From an uncultured Spirochaetales bacterium (GTDB lineage Bacteria > Desulfobacterota_D > UBA1144): a stretch of 64,000 nt of DNA. The stretch covers positions 58,808-122,807 of the forward strand of contig CAYTRR010000010.1 in assembly GCA_964440275.1 (NCBI GenBank). The letters are read 5' to 3'. Position numbers and translations under genes: made by a program. The notes below the pieces were generated by a model. The model was not told the origin of the DNA. It did not search any database and saw nothing but the letters and a program-made list of their open reading frames with translations. Positions 31,126-40,210 of this stretch are shown one piece after another (within the stretch, counting starts at the first letter, position 1; every line of letters starts with the position of its first letter).

Positions 31126-32696
31126 TTTATTTGATTAATTTTAAAGATATTCTTTTTCGAATTTTCTTTAATAAAACCTATTATTTCTTTATCAAAAAAA
31201 TGTATCTTTTTATTTTCAGATATGCAATTCAAGTTCCTGTCACCAGACAAAGTGCTATAAGGCTTCTCACAGAATCCGGGTATATTAAAATATATTTGAT
31301 TAAATTTACTAATCCTTTCGTTGAATTCATTTTTAGTTTCCACTTTACTAAATAGTGGCAGATAATACGGCTTTAAGGGTATAATGTCAGTCCTTTTGTA
31401 ATCTAATTGTCTTTCACCAAATATAACAGCGCTACCTTCTTCTACTTGATTATATTTTTCCATTATTCTTTCAATATTTTGCTTGTAGGTTATTTCATTA
31501 TAAATAGTTTGTTTATATATTATATTAAACATGAAAGAGGACATTGCTATAAAACAAAATACTACATAAATCCTTTTAAATTCTTTACCCCATCGATCTT
31601 CTTTAGAAATCAATTTAAGTATGATCCCTATAAAAATCAAAAGAGTTGCTGGAAAAAGTATTCTGTAAGAGAAAGGAGAGAACCATATTGTTAGTCTCCA
31701 AAAAAAGACTATTATCAAATATAAAACACCAGAGCAAAGAAAATTATTTGACAAACTATTTAAAGTAAAATCTTTAGTTTTTTTCTGTATCAGAAAAACA
31801 GATAAATAATATATAAAACAAACAGATAAAAAAGAAGATAAGGTAGCAACGATTATATTGCTATTGAATCTTACGCTTGCCATTATCAAGTTTAATTCTT
31901 CAAATAATTTTTTAATAAACTGGATTATAATTTCATATGAGGACTCATAAGTTATATAAGCATGCGAATACGTCGTAAACCCAGAAGAAGCCTTGTTTAT
32001 AAACAAATATGCGGCTACATAGACTGAACAAAATATAAGTAATAAAATTAGATGCCTCAATGAGGATTTGTTATTTTTGTAGGCTTGGAATATTAAAAAA
32101 AGATTAAATATTAACAAATAAGCGCCTATATATCGACTAGTGAATGCTAACGCAAATGCAAAAAATCCAAAAATTAATTTTTTTTTAGAACCAGCGGTAC
32201 TCAATTCATAGGTCTGTAAAACATATAGAACTAATCCTAGACCAAATAAGCTTTCTGTCATTGTATATGAAAAAATATTAAGAAAGCTGCCTGATATAAA
32301 GATTAGCGGAATCATGGAAAATCCTGATTTTATATATTTTTTTACAGAAAATATTATCAAGATGCTACAAATTATATTTATAATCTTTGAAGACCAGAAA
32401 ACATCTAAGCTGCTTATATTAGAAACTAAATAAATCGATAGTGGATATCCGATTGGCCAGGTGCTAAAAAATTTTAGTTCCCCACTGTTCGTCCATGAAT
32501 AGACATAAAACCCATTACCATCTTTTAAAGATTGAGCCAATCTTAGGAAGTGAGTAGAATCAATTGTTAGAAAACCATTTGTATCTATATAGGAATTTGA
32601 TAAAACTGAATAAATTAGAGCGAGAATCGAAACACCAAATACTAGTTTTTCAATTTTATTGAAACGACTTTCTTCAGAATTTGGAACCATTTTCAT
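31122..32696 (-). CDS. GT-C fold membrane glycosyltransferase (ArnT/PMT-like, GT39/GT83-like)
   Basis: 524 aa: N-terminal polytopic region and a C-terminal soluble domain. Overlaps the flippase start. Confidence 0.4.
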   Translation of the reverse strand: MKMVPNSEESRFNKIEKLVFGVSILALIYSVLSNSYIDTNGFLTIDSTHFLRLAQSLKDGNGFYVYSWTNSGELKFFSTWPIGYPLSIYLVSNISSLDVFWSSKIINIICSILIIFSVKKYIKSGFSMIPLIFISGSFLNIFSYTMTESLFGLGLVLYVLQTYELSTAGSKKKLIFGFFAFALAFTSRYIGAYLLIFNLFLIFQAYKNNKSSLRHLILLLIFCSVYVAAYLFINKASSGFTTYSHAYITYESSYEIIIQFIKKLFEELNLIMASVRFNSNIIVATLSSFLSVCFIYYLSVFLIQKKTKDFTLNSLSNNFLCSGVLYLIIVFFWRLTIWFSPFSYRILFPATLLIFIGIILKLISKEDRWGKEFKRIYVVFCFIAMSSFMFNIIYKQTIYNEITYKQNIERIMEKYNQVEEGSAVIFGERQLDYKRTDIIPLKPYYLPLFSKVETKNEFNERISKFNQIYFNIPGFCEKPYSTLSGDRNLNCISENKKIHFFDKEIIGFIKENSKKNIFKINQIK

Positions 32697-32776
32697 TATT
32701 CTATATCAATTAGAATATTAATAAATATATTAGTTTGACTAATTAGATAATTGAATTTATCATCCTACTCAATCCA

Positions 32777-33178
32777 ATGACAGCTTTCTTCAAATATATC
32801 TATTATCTACTAAAAGATATCAAGACCTACAAGTGGGCTACTATTGGTTTATTTGCTTTATACTGCGACTATTCTATCTATAATTTTTTACTCACGCTAA
32901 TTGATATGGATCTTGCTAAAGGAGCTTCAACTTTTGTAGGTGTTAACATATCCTTTCATTTAAATCGCGTCTGGACGTTTAAATCGAAGGCAAGATATTT
33001 TGATGACCTAAAGAGATATATCGCTCTATACACATTAACAATAGCTGTTAACGTGTATACAAACAAAGTAGCATATATGATTCTAGAAGATATTAACGCA
33101 GCTTATTTTATAGCTCTATTTATCTCTGTGACTATAGGATATTTTGGACAAAGATTATGGGTTTTTAAAAACAGGTAA
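32777..33178 (+). CDS. GtrA-family small membrane protein (polyprenyl-phosphate sugar translocation)
   Basis: 133 aa, 4 TM helices, LNRVWTF motif. Confidence 0.55.
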   Translation: MTAFFKYIYYLLKDIKTYKWATIGLFALYCDYSIYNFLLTLIDMDLAKGASTFVGVNISFHLNRVWTFKSKARYFDDLKRYIALYTLTIAVNVYTNKVAYMILEDINAAYFIALFISVTIGYFGQRLWVFKNR

Positions 33179-33200
33179 AACTAGGTTATATTTTTGATAA

Positions 33201-34187
33201 ATGAAAAAAATTCTTTTAACTGGAGCCGCAGGGTTTATTGGATACCATCTTTCCCTCTTTCTTTTAAAAAAAGGTTTAATAGTATATGGCGTAGACAATT
33301 TAAATGATAATTATGATAAACGCATGAAAGAGTGGAGAGTTTCTGAATTAAGAAAAAGTAAAAATTTTAAATTTACCAAAATAGATATTTCCTCACCCGG
33401 TACCCTCAAAAAATATTTTAGTGATAATTTTAAACTTAATGAAGTTCATGCAATTATCAATCTTGCTGCCAGAACAGGGGTCAGGAAATCAACCATAGAT
33501 CCTTATTCATATTATAATTCCAATGTGATAGGTGTTCTTAACTTAATACAGCTTTCTAAGCAGTACAAAGTTAAGAAATTTTTGCATGCATCAACATCAA
33601 GTGTTTATGGAGAAAATAAAGACTCAAGCTTCAAGGTTAGCTCTGATACCAATAAGCCACTCTCCAACTATGCGGCCTCTAAGAAAAGTTCTGAGATTTT
33701 GCTATTCGCCTTCCACAAATTGCATAGGCAAGATATTGCAATATTAAGATTTTTTACTGTATATGGACCTGCTGGAAGACCTGATATGAGCCCCTTTATA
33801 TTCATCCAATCTTCACTTAATTCAATTCCAATAAACCTATTTGGAAACGGAAAGCAGAAAAGAGATTTCACTTATATTGACGATGTTGTAGCAGGCATTT
33901 ACAAATCACTAAAATTAAAAGGTTTTAATACTTTAAATATTGGAAACAATAGACCCGTTTCTATCAACGCACTTATCGAAAAAATATCAAAGCTATCAAA
34001 ACAAGATATTAAAATTATAAAAAAGCCTTCAAGTCCAGAAGATGTACCCTATACTTCTGCTAATTTATCAAACACAAAAAAGTTGATCAATTGGCATCCT
34101 AAAACTAAAATTGACCAAGGTTTAGACAAGACCTTTAATTGGCATGTAGAGAATAAGGAATGGCTAAAAAAAATAAGAACTTACTAA
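33201..34187 (+). CDS. NAD-dependent nucleotide-sugar epimerase/dehydratase (SDR)
   Basis: GAAGFIGYHL Rossmann motif, YxxxK. Confidence 0.85.
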   Translation: MKKILLTGAAGFIGYHLSLFLLKKGLIVYGVDNLNDNYDKRMKEWRVSELRKSKNFKFTKIDISSPGTLKKYFSDNFKLNEVHAIINLAARTGVRKSTIDPYSYYNSNVIGVLNLIQLSKQYKVKKFLHASTSSVYGENKDSSFKVSSDTNKPLSNYAASKKSSEILLFAFHKLHRQDIAILRFFTVYGPAGRPDMSPFIFIQSSLNSIPINLFGNGKQKRDFTYIDDVVAGIYKSLKLKGFNTLNIGNNRPVSINALIEKISKLSKQDIKIIKKPSSPEDVPYTSANLSNTKKLINWHPKTKIDQGLDKTFNWHVENKEWLKKIRTY

Positions 34188-35269
34188 AAGATTTAGTTAA
34201 GATTTCTAAATATTTTGGGCAAAGATTTGATTTAACTCAAGCCGCAGGAGGAAATTCCTCAATTAAATTAGGGAACCAAATGTATATCAAATCCAGCGGT
34301 TATTCATTATCTGAGGTTAGTTTGGACAATGGATATACACTGCTAGATAATGATAAACTTATTGATTTTTTAAATAAAATTAAGAATAAAAGAATTACCA
34401 CAACTATTGAGAAAAACTCAGCAAAGATTTTAAGAGAATCTGTTCTTCAAGGTGGCAATCCTTCGATTGAAACTTATTCGCATTCGCTGATGAAGAAGTA
34501 TACGATTCATATTCATCCAATTGCAAGCAATATTGTTTCTGTTAATAAAAAATCAAAAGAAATATTTGAGAAGATTTTTACGAGGAAGAAAAAAACTGAA
34601 GGAATCTTTTATGTTGATTATAAAAGTCCAGGAATAGCACTTGCCAATGAAATAACCAAAACTTTATCAGCTGGCAATGATGTCCAAGCAGAATACAAGA
34701 CAATTATTCTTTTTTTACAAAATCACGGCTTGATATGTTCCGCGGACAACAAATTAGAGTTAATAGATAGTGTTGAGAGATTTGTTAAAAAATTCGAAAG
34801 TTTTTTGAAAATAAATCTAAATCAATATAAAATGACGACAGAGATTTCCCAAATACTTTGGGAATACTCTCACAAAAACCTAACTTGTTATTATAGTGAA
34901 GATTCTTACATACAAAAAAACATTTCTTTAAAAAATTCTAACACTTTTGGAAAGCCCTTGAATCCTGATCAATTATTATATTGCGGAGAAGCCCCCCTAG
35001 TAATCAAATCTTCACTGAGAAGAGAAATTAAGACTTATTTAAATAAATATCATACCTTCCCAAGAGTTATAATTATTAAAAAAAATATTTATTTTGTTGC
35101 TGCTAATGCATTAAAAGCGAGAGAAAAAGAAGACGTATTTAAGGCACATTTATATTTTAATTCCAAGAAAAACTCTAATCGTCCTCTGACTAAAAATGAA
35201 ATTAAAAAACTAGAATCTTATAATTTATTTAGAAACCGTTTAAGGTTTTGGTTTGATTATATCAAGTAG
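34160..35269 (+). CDS. Class II aldolase/adducin-domain protein with an about 170 aa C-terminal extension of unknown function
   Basis: AGGNSSIK...SG, IHIHP, LQNHGLI motifs match the class II aldolase/epimerase fold. 369 aa against about 210 aa for the standalone fold. Confidence 0.45.
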   Translation: MAKKNKNLLKDLVKISKYFGQRFDLTQAAGGNSSIKLGNQMYIKSSGYSLSEVSLDNGYTLLDNDKLIDFLNKIKNKRITTTIEKNSAKILRESVLQGGNPSIETYSHSLMKKYTIHIHPIASNIVSVNKKSKEIFEKIFTRKKKTEGIFYVDYKSPGIALANEITKTLSAGNDVQAEYKTIILFLQNHGLICSADNKLELIDSVERFVKKFESFLKINLNQYKMTTEISQILWEYSHKNLTCYYSEDSYIQKNISLKNSNTFGKPLNPDQLLYCGEAPLVIKSSLRREIKTYLNKYHTFPRVIIIKKNIYFVAANALKAREKEDVFKAHLYFNSKKNSNRPLTKNEIKKLESYNLFRNRLRFWFDYIK

Positions 35270-35578
35270 CTTACTAATCTTGTATCGATTACCAGAGATT
35301 AATTTATATAGATTTTTACCTATGACTTTTGGTATGCTTCTTACAATTTTGGTCGCTAATGATGATTGTTTGCTTGATTCCATGGATCTTACAATTGCCT
35401 CCATTCCATAATAATATTCACCATTAGACTCGAAGATCATTTCATCTTTTAAACGTAAGTGATTTTCTAAATTTCCAATGTCTTCAATCTCCATTTTGCA
35501 CGATTCTTCTGATTTCATATACGATGCATATCTAGTGCAAATCTTACAGGATTTATCTATATAAAGTTTATTACCCAT
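35240..35578 (-). CDS. DUF393 thiol-disulfide oxidoreductase DCC-family protein
   Basis: CKIC near the N-terminus. Start moved to the internal MGNK to avoid overlap with the tRNA. Confidence 0.5.
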   Translation of the reverse strand: MGNKLYIDKSCKICTRYASYMKSEESCKMEIEDIGNLENHLRLKDEMIFESNGEYYYGMEAIVRSMESSKQSSLATKIVRSIPKVIGKNLYKLISGNRYKISKLLDIIKPKP

Positions 35579-35615
35579 TAAGATATTGTAACTATTAATG
35601 ATAGAATATTTCAAT

Positions 35616-35687
35616 CCGCTTGTAGTGTAACGGATAACACACTTGACTTCGGATCAAGTAATTGGGGTTCAAATCCTCACGAGCGGG
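35616..35687 (+). tRNA. tRNA-Arg (anticodon TCG). No encoded CCA.
   Basis: Hand-folded cloverleaf: acceptor CCGCTTG/CGAGCGG, D-stem GTGT/ACAC, anticodon stem CTTGA/TCAAG with loop CTTCGGA, T-arm TGGGG-TTCAAAT-CCTCA. Confidence 0.7.
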
Positions 35688-35691
35688 TTGA

Positions 35692-37434
35692 CTAAATATC
35701 TTTAATTATAGATTTTGCTTTAACTATGTTGTCTTCTACTGATTTTGTTAGCGCCCCTCTAATTTCATCAGTTTTAGTCATTCCTAGACAATCATTTAAA
35801 ACAGCTTGGCAATACTCATAAGATAAATCATGAATAACACTTTTTATCTTTGGTATGGAATGATAATTCATGCTTAATTCGTTTGCCCCCAAACCTATGA
35901 ATATTGGCAGACAATTGATATCGTTAGCCATTTCTCCGCAGACCGAGATGTAAGTATCCGGAGGAGTATTGTCAACAATATGTTTCAGAATTCTTATTAC
36001 TGATGGTTGAAAATGAGAAAAGATTTCACGAAGATTCTCATTAGTTCTGTCAGCTGCTAGAGTATATTGAATTAAATCATTAGTACCTATACTTATAAAA
36101 TCGACATATTTGCATATTTCATCAATTAGCATTACAGCAGAAGGAGTCTCCACGACGACACCAATCAATATTTTTTCTTCCAAAGCGAAGTCTTTTTTTA
36201 CATCATTTATTATTTCAATTGATTTAACGATTTCATCAATTGTCGAAACCATTGGTAGAAGAATTCTTAGCGATTTTTTTTTATCTTGTACTACTTTGAG
36301 AATTGCTTTAATTTGGGAAACAAATATGTCTTTATTAGCGAGAGAATACCTGATTCCTCTGACACCCAGTGCTGGGTTGTTCTCTTCGTACTCTATAAGG
36401 TCGTTTTTGTCTCCACCTAAATCAAGTGTCCGAATTGTTACTTCATCAAACAAATTGTCTTTAAACAAATTAGAATAATCTGAGTATTGCTCTTCTATTG
36501 ATGGAAATTGTTGTTTTTTTGTGAATAGAAATTCTGTTCTATACATACCAATTCCTTCGGCACCATATTTTTTTGCAATTTTTAGCTCAGAAGTTAGTTC
36601 AATATTCGCTTTTATAGAAATAATTTTATTATCTTTTGTTTGTCCAGATAGTTTCGAAAAACTAAGCAAGCTCTCTTCTAAAGAAATATATCTATTACGT
36701 AGATCTTCCATTTGATCCTTTTCGTCTTTTTTGACTTCCCATGTAACTATTCCTTTATAACCGTCAACATAGACTTTTTGACCGGGTTTAAGATGAATAC
36801 TTATATCACCTAATGACATAATTGTAGGAATACCCATAGACCTAGCTATTATCGCTGTATGTGATGTAGTACCACCTAAATCGGTAAGAATACCTTTTAC
36901 TTTATTGTCCCTGGAGTATTTCAAGGCATCTATTGGAGATAAATCATGGGCGACAAGAATGGTGTTGTTTTTAATTTCAAGAAAAGAATCATTAGCGCCC
37001 CTTAAGTTTTTTATTATTCTCTCAGCTATATAATAAAAATCGGCTAATCTTTCTTTCATGTACTGATCTTGTACGCTCGAAAATTCTTTGCTTTTATTTG
37101 TTAAAACATTATTTAAAGCCCATTCGGCATTAATTAATTTTGTTTCAATAATCTCTATTACTTCTCCAGCTAAAATTTCATCCTCTAAAACCAATATGTT
37201 AAAGTCGAGAATTTCTATGTGTTGTGTTTTGTATCCGTGATCTTGATCTATCTTTAGCTTGCTTACTTCATGTTTAGATATTTCAACAGCTTTATGAAAT
37301 CTATTTACTTCTTTTATAACATCCTTTTTGTTTATTTTTCTTTTTTCTACAGCCGTTTTTGCTTGATTTATTAAAAGAACATTACCTGCAGAAAAACCAG
37401 GAGATATTGCTAAACCTCTTTTTTCTTGACTCAC
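35692..37434 (-). CDS. ptsI: Phosphoenolpyruvate-protein phosphotransferase (PTS enzyme I)
   Basis: 580 aa: PEP-utilising N-terminal domain and a PEP-binding TIM barrel (SIGTNDL). Confidence 0.9.
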   Translation of the reverse strand: MSQEKRGLAISPGFSAGNVLLINQAKTAVEKRKINKKDVIKEVNRFHKAVEISKHEVSKLKIDQDHGYKTQHIEILDFNILVLEDEILAGEVIEIIETKLINAEWALNNVLTNKSKEFSSVQDQYMKERLADFYYIAERIIKNLRGANDSFLEIKNNTILVAHDLSPIDALKYSRDNKVKGILTDLGGTTSHTAIIARSMGIPTIMSLGDISIHLKPGQKVYVDGYKGIVTWEVKKDEKDQMEDLRNRYISLEESLLSFSKLSGQTKDNKIISIKANIELTSELKIAKKYGAEGIGMYRTEFLFTKKQQFPSIEEQYSDYSNLFKDNLFDEVTIRTLDLGGDKNDLIEYEENNPALGVRGIRYSLANKDIFVSQIKAILKVVQDKKKSLRILLPMVSTIDEIVKSIEIINDVKKDFALEEKILIGVVVETPSAVMLIDEICKYVDFISIGTNDLIQYTLAADRTNENLREIFSHFQPSVIRILKHIVDNTPPDTYISVCGEMANDINCLPIFIGLGANELSMNYHSIPKIKSVIHDLSYEYCQAVLNDCLGMTKTDEIRGALTKSVEDNIVKAKSIIKDI

Positions 37435-37697
37435 GAGGGCTCTCCAAATTTGTCGTTAAACAATTTCTCAATTTCATCTATTGCCTCTATCTCATCTGAA
37501 CCAACCGCTTCTATGGTAACTTCGGAATTTATACTTGCCGCAAGTGATAGAATTCCCAAGATACTTTTACCATTAACAGATATTTGACCTTTGGATATCT
37601 TAATTTCAGACAAATATTTATTGGTTAACTGAACTAGCTTCGAAGCGGCCCTAGCGTGAAGACCTAACTTGTTAGATATAAGAATTGTTTTTTTCAT
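37431..37697 (-). CDS. ptsH: Phosphocarrier protein HPr
   Basis: GLHARAAS (His15) and GKS (Ser46). Confidence 0.85.
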   Translation of the reverse strand: MKKTILISNKLGLHARAASKLVQLTNKYLSEIKISKGQISVNGKSILGILSLAASINSEVTIEAVGSDEIEAIDEIEKLFNDKFGEPS

Positions 37698-37715
37698 GGG
37701 TAATTAACAACTTAA

Positions 37716-38468
37716 TTAGAGCGGTTTTTTTTCATTCAAATTTTTGTTATTAATAATTATATCATTTTGAATATTTATTTGCATTGTAAAAGTGTCTGTT
37801 TTTAGTTCTACATACAATGGAAGCTTTATTTTATGCTCTTTTATTTGAGTATATCTTGAATAATTTATTTCCATTTTTCTATGATCATCAACTAAGATCT
37901 TCTCTATTTCGTTGGTTTTTAAGTCAACAATACACTTGTTATTTTTATTAAAAATAATGAGTTTGTTATTTTTTAAATCGTATTTATAACCATTGTTGTC
38001 AAAGGTGTCTATATTCATTCCTAGTAAAAAGTTATTTAACTCTAGTGTTGTTAAAGGCAAATCAAGATGTTTATTAAATATTTTTAAATTAAAAGTTTCA
38101 ATATTTCTTATTTTGTCTTTTTTGCCTAATCTTTGATATATAATTTGTCCATCTTTTGTAAAAAATTCAGCTATCTTTATTTTCCATATAGCGAATATAC
38201 GAATATGTATTTCTGACTCTTTTTCTATGGAAATATCCTGGACTAATTTTAGTTTTCTTCGAAAGGGTAAATTATATAAAACTTTACTTTCTAATTTTGC
38301 AGTACGAATCAACTCTTTTTTACCTTTAAGCTTTTTTATAATCTCAATTACTTTTGGATCTGCTTCGCTACTGTAAATTGATTTTGGACTTTTAGTTTCA
38401 GCATTAGAAGGCATATTTATTGCAAAAGTAAAAATCAATATGAATAGAAATTTATATATAAAATTCAT
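37716..38468 (-). CDS. Hypothetical secreted protein, possibly LolA/LolB-like
   Basis: Signal peptide. Weak resemblance only. Confidence 0.3.
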   Translation of the reverse strand: MNFIYKFLFILIFTFAINMPSNAETKSPKSIYSSEADPKVIEIIKKLKGKKELIRTAKLESKVLYNLPFRRKLKLVQDISIEKESEIHIRIFAIWKIKIAEFFTKDGQIIYQRLGKKDKIRNIETFNLKIFNKHLDLPLTTLELNNFLLGMNIDTFDNNGYKYDLKNNKLIIFNKNNKCIVDLKTNEIEKILVDDHRKMEINYSRYTQIKEHKIKLPLYVELKTDTFTMQINIQNDIIINNKNLNEKKPL

Positions 38469-38560
38469 CGGTATAAGATAAAATACATTTGATTGTTTCA
38501 GTATTTATCAACTTCATCTTAACATATTGACTATGATTTTTTATTTGTTTAAATATCATA

Positions 38561-39631
38561 ATGGGCAATCTAAAGGAAAAAATCCTTTCAGGGCAGAGAA
38601 TTGATGAAAATGAAGGACTAGACATTCTAAAGAACTTTTCCACTTTAGAAATAGGACAATTCGCAAACCTGCTAAAATCCAAGAAAGGACTAAACAAGGA
38701 AGTAAGCTTTGTTGTTGATACTAACCCAAATTACACAAATATTTGTGATACTGAATGTAGTTTTTGTGCTTTTTGGAGAACAAAAGATTCAAACGATGCC
38801 TATACTTTGCCAGTAGAGAAGGTTATTGAGATAGTTCGTACTTCATATCACAACGGTGCAACCACTGTTCTTTTACAAGGAGGACACAATCCATCTATAG
38901 ATTTAGATTATTATTGCGAACTTATAAAAGGACTCATAGATAAAGTTCCTGGTATACACCTACATGCATTTTCTGCTTCAGAGATACATTCAATTGCTAA
39001 ATATACATCTAAAACTACAAAAGAAATTATAAAATTATTTTGGGATCTTGGCTTAAGAACTATACCAGGTGGTGGAGCAGAAGTTCTTTCTAATAAAGTT
39101 CGAAAAAAAATAAGCCCACTTAAGATCTCTGCTGATGAGTGGATTAGAATAACTAGAGAGGCTCATATAGCTGGTTTTAAAACTACTGCGACTATGATGT
39201 TTGGACATGCAGAAGAAGATGAAGACATACTTGAGCATTTGGTAAGAATTAGAAATCTTCAAGATGAAACGAATAGTTTTCTTTCTTTTATTCCTTGGAC
39301 CTTTAAGCCGGAAAATACTTTTATTGGCAACAAGATTAAAACAGAGATAGGCGGTGACAGGTATTTGCGTGTTTTGGGTTTATCAAGAATTTTTCTAGAC
39401 AATTTTACGCATATTCAAGGCTCATGGTTTACTCAGGGTTTTAAGGTCGGTGGGATTTCACTACATTATGGAGCAAACGATGTTGGTGGAACTCTTCTAC
39501 AAGAAAATGTTTTAAAGCTAGCGAATAATCCTTACAAGGCTGGAATCGACCAAATAGTTCATCTTATCAAATCAGAGGGATTTCAACCTATCCAGAGAAA
39601 TACTTTTTACGAACCCATTAAATCTTATTAG
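38561..39631 (+). CDS. Radical SAM enzyme of the MqnC/MqnE/CofH family (futalosine-pathway menaquinone biosynthesis)
   Basis: CxxxCxFC radical SAM motif (CDTECSFCAFW) and family-typical N-terminal region. Confidence 0.6.
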   Translation: MGNLKEKILSGQRIDENEGLDILKNFSTLEIGQFANLLKSKKGLNKEVSFVVDTNPNYTNICDTECSFCAFWRTKDSNDAYTLPVEKVIEIVRTSYHNGATTVLLQGGHNPSIDLDYYCELIKGLIDKVPGIHLHAFSASEIHSIAKYTSKTTKEIIKLFWDLGLRTIPGGGAEVLSNKVRKKISPLKISADEWIRITREAHIAGFKTTATMMFGHAEEDEDILEHLVRIRNLQDETNSFLSFIPWTFKPENTFIGNKIKTEIGGDRYLRVLGLSRIFLDNFTHIQGSWFTQGFKVGGISLHYGANDVGGTLLQENVLKLANNPYKAGIDQIVHLIKSEGFQPIQRNTFYEPIKSY

Positions 39632-40148
39632 CTAACATTTCACTGGAAAATTTATTTATTTCATTATTGTGTAATTCTGGATTTTGTTGCCAGGCCAAAA
39701 TGGTATTAAACATTTCCATTGTGAATGTTTGAATTTTTTCGTCATTAGAGTCCCATGATTTTTCTAAAGAGAATAAAGAAATAAATTTTTGTGAAAAATA
39801 TGTTTGCTCATATTGAGTAGATTTTAATTCGTTTCTTTGGAATCTGATGCAACAATAGCAGTCAGCACATATTATGCTGTATTTTTCATTTAGACCTAAG
39901 GTCATCGACAAGGCAATTACCATACCTTGGCATATAACAGAGAATAAATCTAAGTTTATTCTAGAATAATCAAATTTTTCAATTAAACTGTCGCCTAAAA
40001 CAACTTTTCCTTTGTATATTAAACGTGGGATATCATTGTTACAAATCAGCTCTTCTGGAAAGCTCTTTATGTCTCCGCACATAGCAAAACTTGAGCTTAT
40101 ATCGTCCCATATTGCCTTTTTCTTGTCTGTTAAAGCACTATTAGTCAC
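39618..40148 (-). CDS. Hypothetical Cys-rich protein
   Basis: 176 aa with a CADCYCC cluster. No known domain. Confidence 0.3.
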   Translation of the reverse strand: MTNSALTDKKKAIWDDISSSFAMCGDIKSFPEELICNNDIPRLIYKGKVVLGDSLIEKFDYSRINLDLFSVICQGMVIALSMTLGLNEKYSIICADCYCCIRFQRNELKSTQYEQTYFSQKFISLFSLEKSWDSNDEKIQTFTMEMFNTILAWQQNPELHNNEINKFSSEMLANKI

Positions 40149-40210
40149 GGTATGAAATTATAACCTAGATTGAATAAACCTTATATTGTATGTAAAATAC
40201 ATAGAGTTTT

